A stretch of 64,000 bases of DNA from Terrimicrobiaceae bacterium. GTDB taxonomy: Bacteria > Verrucomicrobiota > Verrucomicrobiia > Chthoniobacterales > Terrimicrobiaceae. Below, in pieces: positions 1-9,299 of this stretch. Position 1 is the stretch's first letter. The number at the start of each line of letters is the position of its first letter. Made by a program: the position numbers and the translations under genes. Under the pieces are notes generated by a model, which was given only the letters and a program-made list of their open reading frames with translations, did not search any database and was not told the DNA's origin. The stretch lies in the NCBI GenBank assembly GCA_041752695.1, contig JBGSVZ010000050.1, positions 1 to 64,000 of the forward strand. Direction: 5' to 3'.

Positions 1-325
1 TATTTCCGGTTATCCCAGGCTTACACCGCGGGCCGTGATGCCGCCCAGGGTTGTGGGAATTTTGGCGCCACCGTGGCCCTTCTGGGAGCGGGTGAAATTG
101 GTTCTGCGCTGATCGAGCGTCTCAGGCCGTTCGCTTTGCGCTGCAAGGCCGCCATTTCGTCACGATGAAAAAAATGCGACCTTCATCAACACCGGCCGCG
201 GTGCCACTGTGGCTGAGGACCAGATGGCCGAGGCGGCCGCGTTGCCCGAAAGAACGGCGTCGGGTTTCCACCGATTCGACAATTTTGCAAGTCGTGAGGT
301 GTGGGTTTCATCGGAATCTCGTTGA
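1..325 (+). pseudogene. Decayed D-isomer-specific 2-hydroxyacid dehydrogenase fragment (5' end outside window)
   Basis: Frame 1 gives GNFGATVALLGAGEIGSALIERLRPF (Rossmann GxGxxG). Frame 3 from 141 gives LQGRHFVTMKK. Frame 2 from 173 gives NATFINTGRGATVAED (the family's INxxRG motif), ending at TGA 323-325. The pieces lie in three frames and the segment normally between them is missing. Confidence 0.7.
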
Positions 326-491
326 GGAGGCACCCCATTTGCTGGACGCGGAGTCCCGCGCCCCAAAAGTGGAGTAGGAACGTGGAGTGCTGTCTACAGC
401 CGCAGGTATTTTGCAAAAGAGGTTTCGCGCGAGGAATCTTTTTCGGCCATGTAAAAGCCCGCAGAACGAGTGTTCATGGGGGCTAGAAGAG

Positions 492-565
492 TGCAGCCGT
501 AGGGAGTCGAACCCCAAACCTTCTGATCCGTAGTCAGATGCTCTATCCAATTGAGCTACGGCTGC
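492..565 (-). tRNA. tRNA-Arg (anticodon ACG), CCA not encoded
   Basis: Reverse complement GCAGCCGTAGCTCAATTGGATAGAGCATCTGACTACGGATCAGAAGGTTTGGGGTTCGACTCCCTACGGCTGCA: acceptor stem GCAGCCG/CGGCTGC, D loop, anticodon loop CT-ACG-GA, T loop GTTCGAC. Confidence 0.97.
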
Positions 566-578
566 ATGAGAGTCGGTC

Positions 579-607
579 AGTAAAGCGGCTTGGCGGGCTG
601 GCGTCAA
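579..607 (-). promoter_or_regulatory. Putative sigma70 promoter for tRNA-Arg
   Basis: Minus strand TTGACG (607-602), 17-nt spacer, TTTACT (584-579), just upstream of the tRNA 5' end. Confidence 0.45.
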
Positions 608-633
608 ACGGGAATTTTTGATTTATCTTCCTG

Positions 634-987
634 ATGCCGCACAATTCCGTGACGAAACCGCTTCTTTTCCTACCCGCCATTTTGGTCGGATTGCTGGCTA
701 TGGCGTTCTTAGGCCCCGGGGTGAGGGAAATCCACGGCTCGGATGGAAAGGTCGATTTGGGCCGGATTTACGGTCGTATTCAGTTTGTTAACAGCTTCCC
801 GGATTTTAAGGTGCAGGTCGTCAACAGTTTTCCCGACCTGAAGGTGCAGATGGTGGATTCCTTCCCGGACAAGTCCGGTCTGTGGCAGAAGGTGGATTCG
901 TTTCCGGACTACAAAGTGCAGATTGTCGATTCGTTCCCCGATTTCACCATCCAGTGGGTGAAGAGTTTTCCGGGTCCGGCAAATTAA
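634..987 (+). CDS. Small secreted or membrane-anchored repeat protein, resembles the 7(1) septoil-knot domain family
   Basis: Hydrophobic N-terminus followed by six ~11-aa repeats of the form xQxV[ND]SFPD. Confidence 0.8.
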   Translation: MPHNSVTKPLLFLPAILVGLLAMAFLGPGVREIHGSDGKVDLGRIYGRIQFVNSFPDFKVQVVNSFPDLKVQMVDSFPDKSGLWQKVDSFPDYKVQIVDSFPDFTIQWVKSFPGPAN

Positions 988-1001
988 AGGAGGGGCGGGA
1001 T

Positions 1002-2282
1002 TTATTCGTAGCGCAGGGCCTTGACGGGGTCGAGTCGCGAGGCGAACCAAGCCGGAATCAGGGCGGCTATGGAGCAGATGATGAAGGCGCTGATGCAGAT
1101 GATGGCCACGTCACTCGGGACGATTTCGGCGGGAATTTCGCTGAATTGGTAAATTGAGGCGGGAAACACTTCGATGCGAAACGTTCTGGCCAGCCAGAGG
1201 TTCACTTCATTGCGGAACTGCACGAGGGCGATGCCCGTGCCTAATCCGGTGAGGGTCCCGAAGACGCCAACCACCACGCCTTGGGCCAGAAAGACGGCGA
1301 TGATTTGTCCGGTCCTGGCTCCGAGGGCTTTCATGACGCCGATGTCGCGCGTTTTCTGCACGGTGACGGTGATCAGGGTGTTCATGATGCCGAATGCCGC
1401 CACAACAACGATGAAAAGCAGAATGAAAAACATCACGCTGCGCTCTGTGCGGATGGCGTCGAACATCGGCTTGTTCATGTCGATCCAGGTGAGGGCAAAC
1501 GTGGGCGGCACGAGGGTGTCGCCGAGTGCGTCCCGCACGTTGTCGGCGAGGTAGCGATCCGAGGTTTTGATGGAGATGCCGTGGACCGCCCCACCGAGTC
1601 CGTAAATTTCCTGCCCGATATGCAGCGGAACCAGCATGTAGTCGCTGTCCACGAGATACCGTCCGCTTTCAAAGATGCCGGTGACTTCCAGATCGAGCGG
1701 CAGGATCATTTCCTTCAGAGCAGCGGCGTCGGCTTGCTTGCCTTCCTGCTGGGCGCGGTCCAGTTCGGTCATCATGTTCTGGATATTGGCCGCGGAATAA
1801 ACGGTGATGGTGTCGCCCACCGTGGCCCCGAGGATATTGGCCAGTTCTGAACCGAGGATGGCCTTGTTGCCGTCCAGGTCGTACGCGCCGGCCTTGATGA
1901 ACTCCCCGATACTGGCCACCTGTTCCTCGAGGGCGGGATCGATGCCGCGAATCTTCGGAGCCATGTTGCGGTTGCCGAATTTCACCAGCACCGGACCCTG
2001 CACAAAGGGCGCCGAGGCTTGGACGCTGGAAATTTTGGCCGCTTCGTCGCGCACTTGCACCCAATCCTCAATTGGCCCGTCGCTCATCACGGTGACGTGA
2101 GCGTCGAAACCGATGACCTTGCGCTCGAGTTCGCGTTCGAAACCGGTCATCACGCTGATCACCAGGATCAAAACCATGACGCCGAGAGTGACTCCCAGGA
2201 TGGAAATGACGGTGATGATGGAGACGAAGGTGCGCTTGGGTTTGAGGTAGCGCAGGGCGAGGAAGAGACTGAAGTTCCGCAT
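1002..2282 (-). CDS. lolE: Lipoprotein-releasing ABC transporter permease, LolC/LolE family
   Basis: LALRYL...GVTLGVMVLILVISVMTGF N-terminus; FtsX-like C-terminus with KTRDIGVMKALGA and PVKALRYE. Confidence 0.9.
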   Translation of the reverse strand: MRNFSLFLALRYLKPKRTFVSIITVISILGVTLGVMVLILVISVMTGFERELERKVIGFDAHVTVMSDGPIEDWVQVRDEAAKISSVQASAPFVQGPVLVKFGNRNMAPKIRGIDPALEEQVASIGEFIKAGAYDLDGNKAILGSELANILGATVGDTITVYSAANIQNMMTELDRAQQEGKQADAAALKEMILPLDLEVTGIFESGRYLVDSDYMLVPLHIGQEIYGLGGAVHGISIKTSDRYLADNVRDALGDTLVPPTFALTWIDMNKPMFDAIRTERSVMFFILLFIVVVAAFGIMNTLITVTVQKTRDIGVMKALGARTGQIIAVFLAQGVVVGVFGTLTGLGTGIALVQFRNEVNLWLARTFRIEVFPASIYQFSEIPAEIVPSDVAIICISAFIICSIAALIPAWFASRLDPVKALRYE

Positions 2283-2287
2283 GGGTG

Positions 2288-3613
2288 TTATCGGTGCCAG
2301 AAGCGGGAGGCGCGTTTCAATTTTGCGTAAATGAGCGACGGCTCGGCGCGACCGGCGCCGGGAGATTCGTGCAGACGGTTGATATAGGCAAATGCAATCG
2401 CGCTGAGGCCAAGCAGGGCGAGAAAGTAGATGCTGTGGCGTTTCCAGTGGAAAACGCCCGTCACGGCCTCATAAGTGCCGATCATGTCGAGCGTCACTCC
2501 CCAGGCGACGGGAGCCGCACCGAGGCCGAGGCTGGTGATGACGGTGAAGAGAGCAAAGAAATGGTTGCGTCCCATTTCGGGCATGGTGGCCATGGTGATC
2601 CGTACATTGGCGAGGTTAAAATTCGCGGAGGCCGCGCCGGTGAAAAGGTTGAGCAGGGCAATGATCCAGAGTTCGGTGGGGATCACGCCCGCCGAGAGCA
2701 GACACCACGAAGCGATGGAGGCCGCGAACATCAGCGTGGCAATGCGGAGCAGGGGTTTGCTGCCGGAACGGTCCACCGAGGCCCCGCTGAAGGGCAGCAT
2801 GACCAACGCGCCGAGGAAAGAAAACGCCGAGAGGTAGAGGACGGTGGATACGTCGAGGTGCGACTCCTCGCGCAGATATTCGACGGTGAAAACCCCCAGG
2901 CTGCCGATCACCGCCATGTAGATGATGTTAAAAATGATCAGTTGGCGGAAAGGGGGGTAGGCCAGCATGGCCCGCCAGGGCACCGGGTGAGAGCTGCGTC
3001 GGGTGGCCTCGCCGGCCGGGACGTCGGGGATGCGGCGAATGAAAAACAGGCTGACGGTGCCGGAGGTGGCACTGAGGAGAAAAACCAGCGAATACTCCCA
3101 GGCATCGACGTGTCCGGTCATGACAACGGCCGAGGCGACGAGGGACACCAGACAGCCCGCATACATGAAAAGCTGATCCACCGACAGAAAGCGCCCGCGC
3201 GTTTCCTCGGGAATGAGGGTGGTCATCCAGGGCATCCAGCCAGCGGAGGAAATGCCGCGGACGAGGTTGATGAAGAAGAGCGCGGACATCATCGCCGCCA
3301 TTTTTGAGATGTTGTCGAGGAAGCCGAGGACCGGCACAAAGGCCAGAGCGAAGATAAAAACCGTGCGTGTGCCCCAGCCGGCGATGACGAAGCGTTTGTA
3401 GCCGTAGCGTTCGAGGTGCTGGGCGGCGGGGAGTTGGAAGACCGTCATCAGCGGCGTGAACGACGCGATGATGCCCAGCACGGTCGAGGACGCCCCGAGG
3501 GTTTTCGCGTAAACAATGATGGGTGCGCCCATCACGATCTGAAACGTGACGGCGTTAAAGAACTGAAAATAGTGGGCGTTGAACCACTGGCGTCGGTCGA
3601 ACGGAGCGCTCAT
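2288..3613 (-). CDS. MFS transporter
   Basis: 441 aa, about 12 hydrophobic segments, MFS-like loop motifs ERYGYKR and DRSGSK. Confidence 0.85.
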   Translation of the reverse strand: MSAPFDRRQWFNAHYFQFFNAVTFQIVMGAPIIVYAKTLGASSTVLGIIASFTPLMTVFQLPAAQHLERYGYKRFVIAGWGTRTVFIFALAFVPVLGFLDNISKMAAMMSALFFINLVRGISSAGWMPWMTTLIPEETRGRFLSVDQLFMYAGCLVSLVASAVVMTGHVDAWEYSLVFLLSATSGTVSLFFIRRIPDVPAGEATRRSSHPVPWRAMLAYPPFRQLIIFNIIYMAVIGSLGVFTVEYLREESHLDVSTVLYLSAFSFLGALVMLPFSGASVDRSGSKPLLRIATLMFAASIASWCLLSAGVIPTELWIIALLNLFTGAASANFNLANVRITMATMPEMGRNHFFALFTVITSLGLGAAPVAWGVTLDMIGTYEAVTGVFHWKRHSIYFLALLGLSAIAFAYINRLHESPGAGRAEPSLIYAKLKRASRFWHR

Positions 3614-3631
3614 GAGCGGAGAAGCCAGGAA

Positions 3632-3691
3632 CAGCTTAAAGGCTGGAGTCCAACGTCGTGGCCTCCGGGTTGGAGTTCAGGCTTTAGCCTG
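3632..3691. repeat. REP-like inverted doublet of 23-nt units
   Basis: CAGCTTAAAGGCTGGAGTCCAAC (3632-3654) and GTTGGAGTTCAGGCTTTAGCCTG (3669-3691) are complementary at 18/23 positions; same family as 4856-4911. Confidence 0.75.
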
Positions 3692-3730
3692 GCGGTCGTG
3701 AACGATACCTCGATCCCAGCCCTCATGGCC

Positions 3731-4795
3731 TCAGGCCAATTCCTCGAGCACCGCCCGGATTCCCTCCAGCCCTTCGTCTTTGTCCGCGCTGATGGGGACG
3801 ACCCTGGCCTTGCGGAATTTGGTTTTGAAGCGCTTCAAGTTGTCCTTCGCGCCATCGAGATCCATTTTGTTGGCTGCCACGGCGAAGGGGCGTTCCGAGA
3901 GCATGGGGTCGTAAAGATCGAGCTCCTTGCGCAGGGATTGGAAATCTGAAATCGGATCGCGGCCTTCGCTGCCCGCCATGTCGAGGACGAAGAGGAGGAG
4001 TTTGCAGCGCACGATGTGACGCAGAAATTCGTGCCCGAGGCCGCGGTTTTCACTCGCGCCTTCGATGAGGCCGGGGATGTCCGCCACGGTTGCCCGACGG
4101 TAATCGTCGAGCTCCATCACGCCCACGATGGGGTTCAGGGTGGTGAAGGGATAGGAGGCCACCTTGGGATGAGCGGCGGAGATTTTGCTCAGAAGGGTGC
4201 TTTTGCCGGCGTTGGGGTACCCGACCAGGCCGGCGTCGGCGATGGTTTGAAGCTCCAGGGCAAACCAGCCCTGTTCGCCTTCCTCGCCGTCGGTGGTCTG
4301 GCGAGGGACGCGGTTGGTGGAGCTTTTGAAATGGGTGTTCCCCTTGCCGCCGCGGCCGCCGGTGCAGAGAATAAACTCGGAGTCCGGGGCGGAAAGGTCG
4401 GCCATGGGTTCCATCGTGCGCAGATCAAGAACGGGTTTCACGACCACCTCGTCGGGATCGGCCTCGGGGTCGGGCGGCCCGGAGTGAAAGGCCTCCGGCA
4501 GACGGTAAACAATCGTGCCCACGGGCACCTTGACGATGGTGGATTTGCCGTTGCGTCCGTGTTTGTCCTTGCCCTGGCCGTGCGCGCCGCGTTCGGCACG
4601 AAGATGCGGCTCGTAATAAAGCGAGGCGAGGTTGTCGGTATGGATGTCGGCCTTGAGAATAATTTTGCCACCATCCCCGCCGTCGCCGCCGTTGGGGCCA
4701 CCCCGCGGTACGAACTTTTCCCGGCGAAAACTGCAGCAGCCATTGCCGCCGTCGCCGGCTTTGGCATTGATACGAACTTGATCGATGAATTTCAT
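3731..4795 (-). CDS. obgE: GTPase ObgE/CgtA
   Basis: FIDQV...GGNGCCSFRREK...GGPNGGDGG Obg fold; GYPNAGKS, YPFTT, DIPG and NKMD motifs. Confidence 0.97.
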   Translation of the reverse strand: MKFIDQVRINAKAGDGGNGCCSFRREKFVPRGGPNGGDGGDGGKIILKADIHTDNLASLYYEPHLRAERGAHGQGKDKHGRNGKSTIVKVPVGTIVYRLPEAFHSGPPDPEADPDEVVVKPVLDLRTMEPMADLSAPDSEFILCTGGRGGKGNTHFKSSTNRVPRQTTDGEEGEQGWFALELQTIADAGLVGYPNAGKSTLLSKISAAHPKVASYPFTTLNPIVGVMELDDYRRATVADIPGLIEGASENRGLGHEFLRHIVRCKLLLFVLDMAGSEGRDPISDFQSLRKELDLYDPMLSERPFAVAANKMDLDGAKDNLKRFKTKFRKARVVPISADKDEGLEGIRAVLEELA

Positions 4796-4855
4796 CTGGC
4801 GGCGAGCTTGTCAGAAATGCGGCGGGGGAAAAAACAAAAAGGTGGGGCTTCCGCT

Positions 4856-4911
4856 GTTGGAGTCCAGTCTTTAGACTGCTCCGGAAAGCACGCTAAATCG
4901 TGAACTCCAAC
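4856..4911. repeat. REP-like inverted doublet of 23-nt units
   Basis: GTTGGAGTCCAGTCTTTAGACTG (4856-4878) and CACGCTAAATCGTGAACTCCAAC (4889-4911) each match the 3669-3691 unit or its complement at 20/23 positions. Confidence 0.75.
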
Positions 4912-4922
4912 GTTGGCGTCCC

Positions 4923-6125
4923 TCAGGGCACGAGGGTTTCGTAGAGATCTGCCGTCTGGCGGGCGATGGCGTCCCAGCCGAAAATCTGCTCCACGCGTTT
5001 GCGTCCGGCGGCTCCGAAGGCGCGGCGTTTCGCCGGGTCGGCCATGAGATCATTGACCCGTGCCGCGAGGTCCTTGGAAAATCTCTCCGGCTGGAGCGGT
5101 TCGAACGGGCTTTCCGTCATCTGGTCGAGGCAGACCAGATACCCGGTTTCGCCATGAACGACGACTTCCTTGATGCCCCCCACGCGGCTGGCGACCACGG
5201 GAACGCTGCAGGCCATGGCTTCCAGATTGATGATGCCGAAGGGTTCGTAGATGGACGGACAGACAAATGCGGCGCAGTTGCTGTAGAGTTCGATCTTCGA
5301 TTTGTTGTCCACCATTTCCTCGATCCAGATTACGCCGGGGCGGGTGCGTTGGGCGGCGGCCACGGCACGTTTCATTTCCTCGGCAATTTCCGGGGTGTCG
5401 GGTGCGCCGGCGCAGAGCACAATCTGGAATCCTGGGGCCATGTGTTTGATGGCATTCACCAAATGAATGATGCCCTTCTGCCTGGTGATGCGTCCGACGA
5501 AGAGGATGTAGGGTTCGACGGGATTGATCCCAAGGCGCTTCAGCGCGGCCTTGGAGGTCACGGGCTGGTATTCTGCGAGATCGATGCCGTTATAGATGAC
5601 ATGAAGTTTTTCCGGCGGGACGTTGAAAAGTTTTTCCACGTCGCTTTTGGTTTCCTTTGAGACGGCAATCACGGCGTCGGCCATTTCCATGGCAGTTTTT
5701 TCCAGCCAGCAGGTGAAGTCGTAGCCGCCGCCGAGTTGCTCGCGTTTCCAGGGGCGGAGGGGTTCGAGGCTGTGGACGGTGAGAACGAGGGGGATGCCGT
5801 AGTTGAGCTTCGCGAGGATGCCGCCCATGTGGGAATACCAAGTGTGGCAATGCACCACGTCGGCTTTGATGTCCGTCGTATTAAAATCCAGGCAACGCTG
5901 CACCGCGCCGAAAACTGGTCTTAGCGGCTTCGGGCAGGTGTAGGCATCCTGCACAAGGCCGAACCCCATGGCGGAAAGGTTGCCCTTGACCGCATTTTGA
6001 TCCCCGAAACACCGCACCTCCACCGCCATGAGTTTGGCGAGTTCCCGGCTAAGGTATTGGACGTGCACGCCGGCCCCGCCGTAGATGTTTGGGGGGTATT
6101 CGTTGGTCAGGAGGAGCGCCTTCAT
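4923..6125 (-). CDS. glgA: GT4 glycosyltransferase, actinobacterial-type GlgA/GlgM (glycogen or maltose-1-phosphate synthase)
   Basis: TNEYPPNIYGGAGVHV, HSLEPLRPWKREQLGGGY, GRITRQKG, YEPFGIINLEAMA. Confidence 0.88.
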   Translation of the reverse strand: MKALLLTNEYPPNIYGGAGVHVQYLSRELAKLMAVEVRCFGDQNAVKGNLSAMGFGLVQDAYTCPKPLRPVFGAVQRCLDFNTTDIKADVVHCHTWYSHMGGILAKLNYGIPLVLTVHSLEPLRPWKREQLGGGYDFTCWLEKTAMEMADAVIAVSKETKSDVEKLFNVPPEKLHVIYNGIDLAEYQPVTSKAALKRLGINPVEPYILFVGRITRQKGIIHLVNAIKHMAPGFQIVLCAGAPDTPEIAEEMKRAVAAAQRTRPGVIWIEEMVDNKSKIELYSNCAAFVCPSIYEPFGIINLEAMACSVPVVASRVGGIKEVVVHGETGYLVCLDQMTESPFEPLQPERFSKDLAARVNDLMADPAKRRAFGAAGRKRVEQIFGWDAIARQTADLYETLVP

Positions 6126-6261
6126 GGTTCGAGCCTAGCAAACGTGCCCGTGTGGGCAAGGTTCTCTCCATGGGCTTTTGCGGGGCCTCCGGGTCGATTC
6201 TTTCGGGAGCCCGGACCGCTCCGGAGTTGCCGCATGCGGGCGTTTCACGAATACTCCGCCG

Positions 6262-7659
6262 ATGGCCACCAGTTTCGACCAGCTCACGAACAAAAAAGCC
6301 TTCGAACTCAATTCGGAGGCGAAGATCTATGGAGTCTTCGCGGAGATCGGGGCCGGGCAGGAAGTGGCGAGGCGGTTCTTTTCCGTCGGACGCGCGGCGG
6401 GAACCGTCGCCAAAACCATCTCGGCTTATGACATGTCGTTCAGTGACGCGATTTATGGGGCGGGCGGACGGTATGTGAGCCGTCACCGGCTGGAGAGCAT
6501 GTTGACCCACGAGTTTGACCTGATGGTGGAACGCCTGGATCCGAAGGTGGGCGCGGAGAAAACGTTTTTTGCGTTCGCCGACACCGTGGCGGCTCGCAGT
6601 TTTCGTCGTCATGAAGAGTCCCACGGCTGGATGGGCGTGCGTTTCCAGGCCGAACCGCGCGCCCCGGTTAACGACATCATCATCCACGTCCGCATGCTGG
6701 ATGAACATAATCTGCAGCAGCAGGAGGCCCTGGGCATCGTGGGGGTGAATCTGATTCATGCCGCCTTCCATCTGGCGCATGATCCGGCGGCATTGATTGG
6801 CTCGCTGCTCGACGACCTGGCTCCCGGCCGCATTGAAGTGGACATGATCCGGTTTAGCGGGCCGAAATTTGTCGAAGTGGACAATCGCATCATGGCGCTG
6901 CAGTTGGTCCTGCAGGAACTGACCAAGGCGGCTTTGTTCCGGGCGGATGGGGAGGTGGTGAATGCGGCCGATGCCTTTTACAAAAAACCGCTTCTGGTGG
7001 AGCGTGGCAGTTTCCGTCCGGTCACCCTGGTGACCAACGACATGCTGGATTGCGCGCGTGCCATGTTCCTGCGCGAGGAGCCGGTGAAAAACCAAGATCC
7101 GGAGATCCTGATGGAGATTACGATGAAAAATCTTCTGGCTCATGGCGAACTCGACCTGCGGGATTTTCTGGACCGGGTGGACCTGCTTGGCACGATTGGC
7201 CGCACGGTGTTGATTTCCAACTATGGCGAATACCACCGGCTGGTGAATTACCTCACACGCTACACCGACACCATGATCGGGCTTCCGTTGGGTGTCCCGG
7301 CGATGGCGGAGATTTTTGACGAACAGTATTATCAGGATCTGGAGGGCGGCATTTTGGAAGGTCTGGGGCGGTTGTTCAAAAAAGGCGTGAAACTTTATGT
7401 GTATCCGCTTCTGAAAGCTGATGGCGAACTCGTCACCGCGGACAACTTCCGCGTGGCACCGAACCTTCGCCACCTGTACACCCACTTGCTGGAAAACGGC
7501 TTTATCGAGGCGATGAAAAGTTTTCAGCCCGACTACCTGACCATCCGTGCGCCCGAGGTGCTCGGCCGCATCCGCGCCGGGGATGTCTCGTGGCAGAAGA
7601 TGGTCTCGCCCGAAGTCGCGGATATTATCAAAGAGCGCCGACTTTTCGGACACCCGTGA
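6262..7659 (+). CDS. Conserved cytoplasmic protein with CinA-like N-region and nucleotidyltransferase-like (NadD-like) C-region; function unknown
   Basis: YGVFAEIGAGQEVAR, AKTISAYDM, ERGSFRPVT, LYVYP motifs. ATG 6262 chosen over the upstream in-frame start at 6178. Confidence 0.7.
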   Translation: MATSFDQLTNKKAFELNSEAKIYGVFAEIGAGQEVARRFFSVGRAAGTVAKTISAYDMSFSDAIYGAGGRYVSRHRLESMLTHEFDLMVERLDPKVGAEKTFFAFADTVAARSFRRHEESHGWMGVRFQAEPRAPVNDIIIHVRMLDEHNLQQQEALGIVGVNLIHAAFHLAHDPAALIGSLLDDLAPGRIEVDMIRFSGPKFVEVDNRIMALQLVLQELTKAALFRADGEVVNAADAFYKKPLLVERGSFRPVTLVTNDMLDCARAMFLREEPVKNQDPEILMEITMKNLLAHGELDLRDFLDRVDLLGTIGRTVLISNYGEYHRLVNYLTRYTDTMIGLPLGVPAMAEIFDEQYYQDLEGGILEGLGRLFKKGVKLYVYPLLKADGELVTADNFRVAPNLRHLYTHLLENGFIEAMKSFQPDYLTIRAPEVLGRIRAGDVSWQKMVSPEVADIIKERRLFGHP

Positions 7660-7660
7660 G

Positions 7661-7730
7661 GAAGGGAGGAAAGACGCGGAGAGGGGGAGACGCGGGGACG
7701 GGGGGAAATGTACGCGTCGCCGTGTCTCCT
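7661..7730. repeat. Degenerate octamer (GGAGACGC-type) tandem tract with inverted partner
   Basis: AAGACGCGGAGAGGGGGAGACGCGGGGACGGG is followed by CGCGTCGCCGTGTCTCC, a degenerate reverse complement. Confidence 0.5.
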
Positions 7731-9266
7731 CTTCTCGGCGTCCTTCCCCTGGCGGCGCTGGTCGGTCTGCTCACCTTTGCGCTCTACCTGCCTTCGCTGT
7801 GGTCGGGGTTTGTCTATGACGCCGAAGCGCAGATTTTGATCGGTGAGTACGTTCATGATCCCTCCCATTTTCCCGATGTCTTGACCCTGCGTGTGCTGGG
7901 GCAGGATGTGCTGGATGGCAACCGGCCGGTCCAACTGGGTTCCCTGATGCTGGATTCGGTGATCTGGGGTAAAAATCCGGTGGGGTATCACCTCACGAGC
8001 AATCTGCTGCACGCGGCCAATGCGTCCCTGGTCTTTTTTCTGCTGATGACATTGCTGCGCGGGGCGAAAAGCGTGTTTCCCGACGGGGCTGCGGCAGTTT
8101 CCGCCCTGGCCGGGACACTGGTCTTTGCGGCGCACCCGCTGATGGTCGAGCCTGTCGCCGAGGTCAGTTCCCGGGAGGATCCGCTGGCGGTCTTTTTTGT
8201 CCTGACGGCGCTGCTCCTGGCGTTGAAACCCGGAACGGGACGCGTCCGGATCTGGACCACGGGGGGCTGCCTTTTGGCCGTGCTGCTGGCCTGCGGGTCG
8301 AAGGAGGTGGGCGTGGTTGCGCCCTTTTTACTTCTGCTCTGCGGGCTGTTGTTTCGGGGGGAGGAGTCGGTGCGTCGGTGGTTGGGACTTTCCGCGGGGG
8401 CGTTGGTGGTTGCGGCGGGCTTTCTCGTGGCGAGGTTCTCCCTTCAGCCGGCGGAATCGGAAATCTTTCTCCACAAGCCGGAATATCTCGGGGGTTCGCT
8501 GACCATGACCCTGCAGATCCAGCCGCGGATCTGGGCCTTCCTGGTGCGCGCCATTTTCTGGCCGACCGGTCTTTCGGCCGACTATGTCCCGCAGAATGTC
8601 GGAACCCTCTCGCTTCCCTGGGTGATTGGAATTCTGTTGGGCTTCTTAATTTTTCAGGCTTTGGCGGCGTGGAAGAGCCGGTTGGCGGCGCTCGGGGTGG
8701 CGGTTTTCTGGCTGGGGCTGGTACCGGTTTCCAATTTCGTGCCGATCTACCGTCCGGTGGCCGACCGGTATCTTTATCTCCCCATGGTGGGGATCGCGAT
8801 GATGCTGTGCGGCCTGCTTCTGCTCGTCTCCCACCGCGCAGTGCTCTGGAAGACGCTCTTGGCGATGATGGCTGTGGTTGTGCTTGCCCTGGCGTCCCTG
8901 ACCTGGCGCAGGCAGGAGGTGTTTGCGAATTCCCTAAACCTTTGGACCGATAGCTCCGCCAAGTCGCCCTTTTCGGACACGGCGGCCAACAACCTCGGTT
9001 ACGCCTTGCTCGAAAAAAACGATTATCCAGCCGCTCTCGCTGCCTTCCAGAAAGCGGCGAATCTTTCCCAAGGCAAAAAACCCAATGTGTGGGCCGGGGC
9101 CGCGGTCACTCTGGAAAAGCTCGACCGTCCGCGCGATGCCGAAAACGCCCTCCGGCGCGCCATCGAACTTGATGCCATCTATTCCGACCCGAGGCAGGTC
9201 GTGAAATCAATGTTGATCACAAAGGAACAGGCAGCGGTGCTGGAGCAGATTCTCCAGCGGAAATAA
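7722..9266 (+). CDS. TMTC-like GT-C glycosyltransferase with C-terminal TPR repeats
   Basis: FVYDAE first loop, [34 protein letters not shown], then TPR segment NNLGYAL. The GTG start at 7722 is an estimate; the ORF is open from 7590. Confidence 0.8.
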   Translation: MSPLLGVLPLAALVGLLTFALYLPSLWSGFVYDAEAQILIGEYVHDPSHFPDVLTLRVLGQDVLDGNRPVQLGSLMLDSVIWGKNPVGYHLTSNLLHAANASLVFFLLMTLLRGAKSVFPDGAAAVSALAGTLVFAAHPLMVEPVAEVSSREDPLAVFFVLTALLLALKPGTGRVRIWTTGGCLLAVLLACGSKEVGVVAPFLLLLCGLLFRGEESVRRWLGLSAGALVVAAGFLVARFSLQPAESEIFLHKPEYLGGSLTMTLQIQPRIWAFLVRAIFWPTGLSADYVPQNVGTLSLPWVIGILLGFLIFQALAAWKSRLAALGVAVFWLGLVPVSNFVPIYRPVADRYLYLPMVGIAMMLCGLLLLVSHRAVLWKTLLAMMAVVVLALASLTWRRQEVFANSLNLWTDSSAKSPFSDTAANNLGYALLEKNDYPAALAAFQKAANLSQGKKPNVWAGAAVTLEKLDRPRDAENALRRAIELDAIYSDPRQVVKSMLITKEQAAVLEQILQRK

Positions 9267-9299
9267 CGCTGGAAAAAGGTTTCCGGGCTTTCGGGCGAC

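Noticed and set aside
326..565. tRNA-Arg as an attachment site of an integrated element
   Set aside because: I found no integrase and no duplicate of the tRNA 3' end in the window; cannot be judged beyond the left edge.
778..975. 33-nt periodic DNA repeats suggestive of a CRISPR array
   Set aside because: They are in-frame coding repeats with synonymous variation, have no unique spacers, and no cas genes are present.
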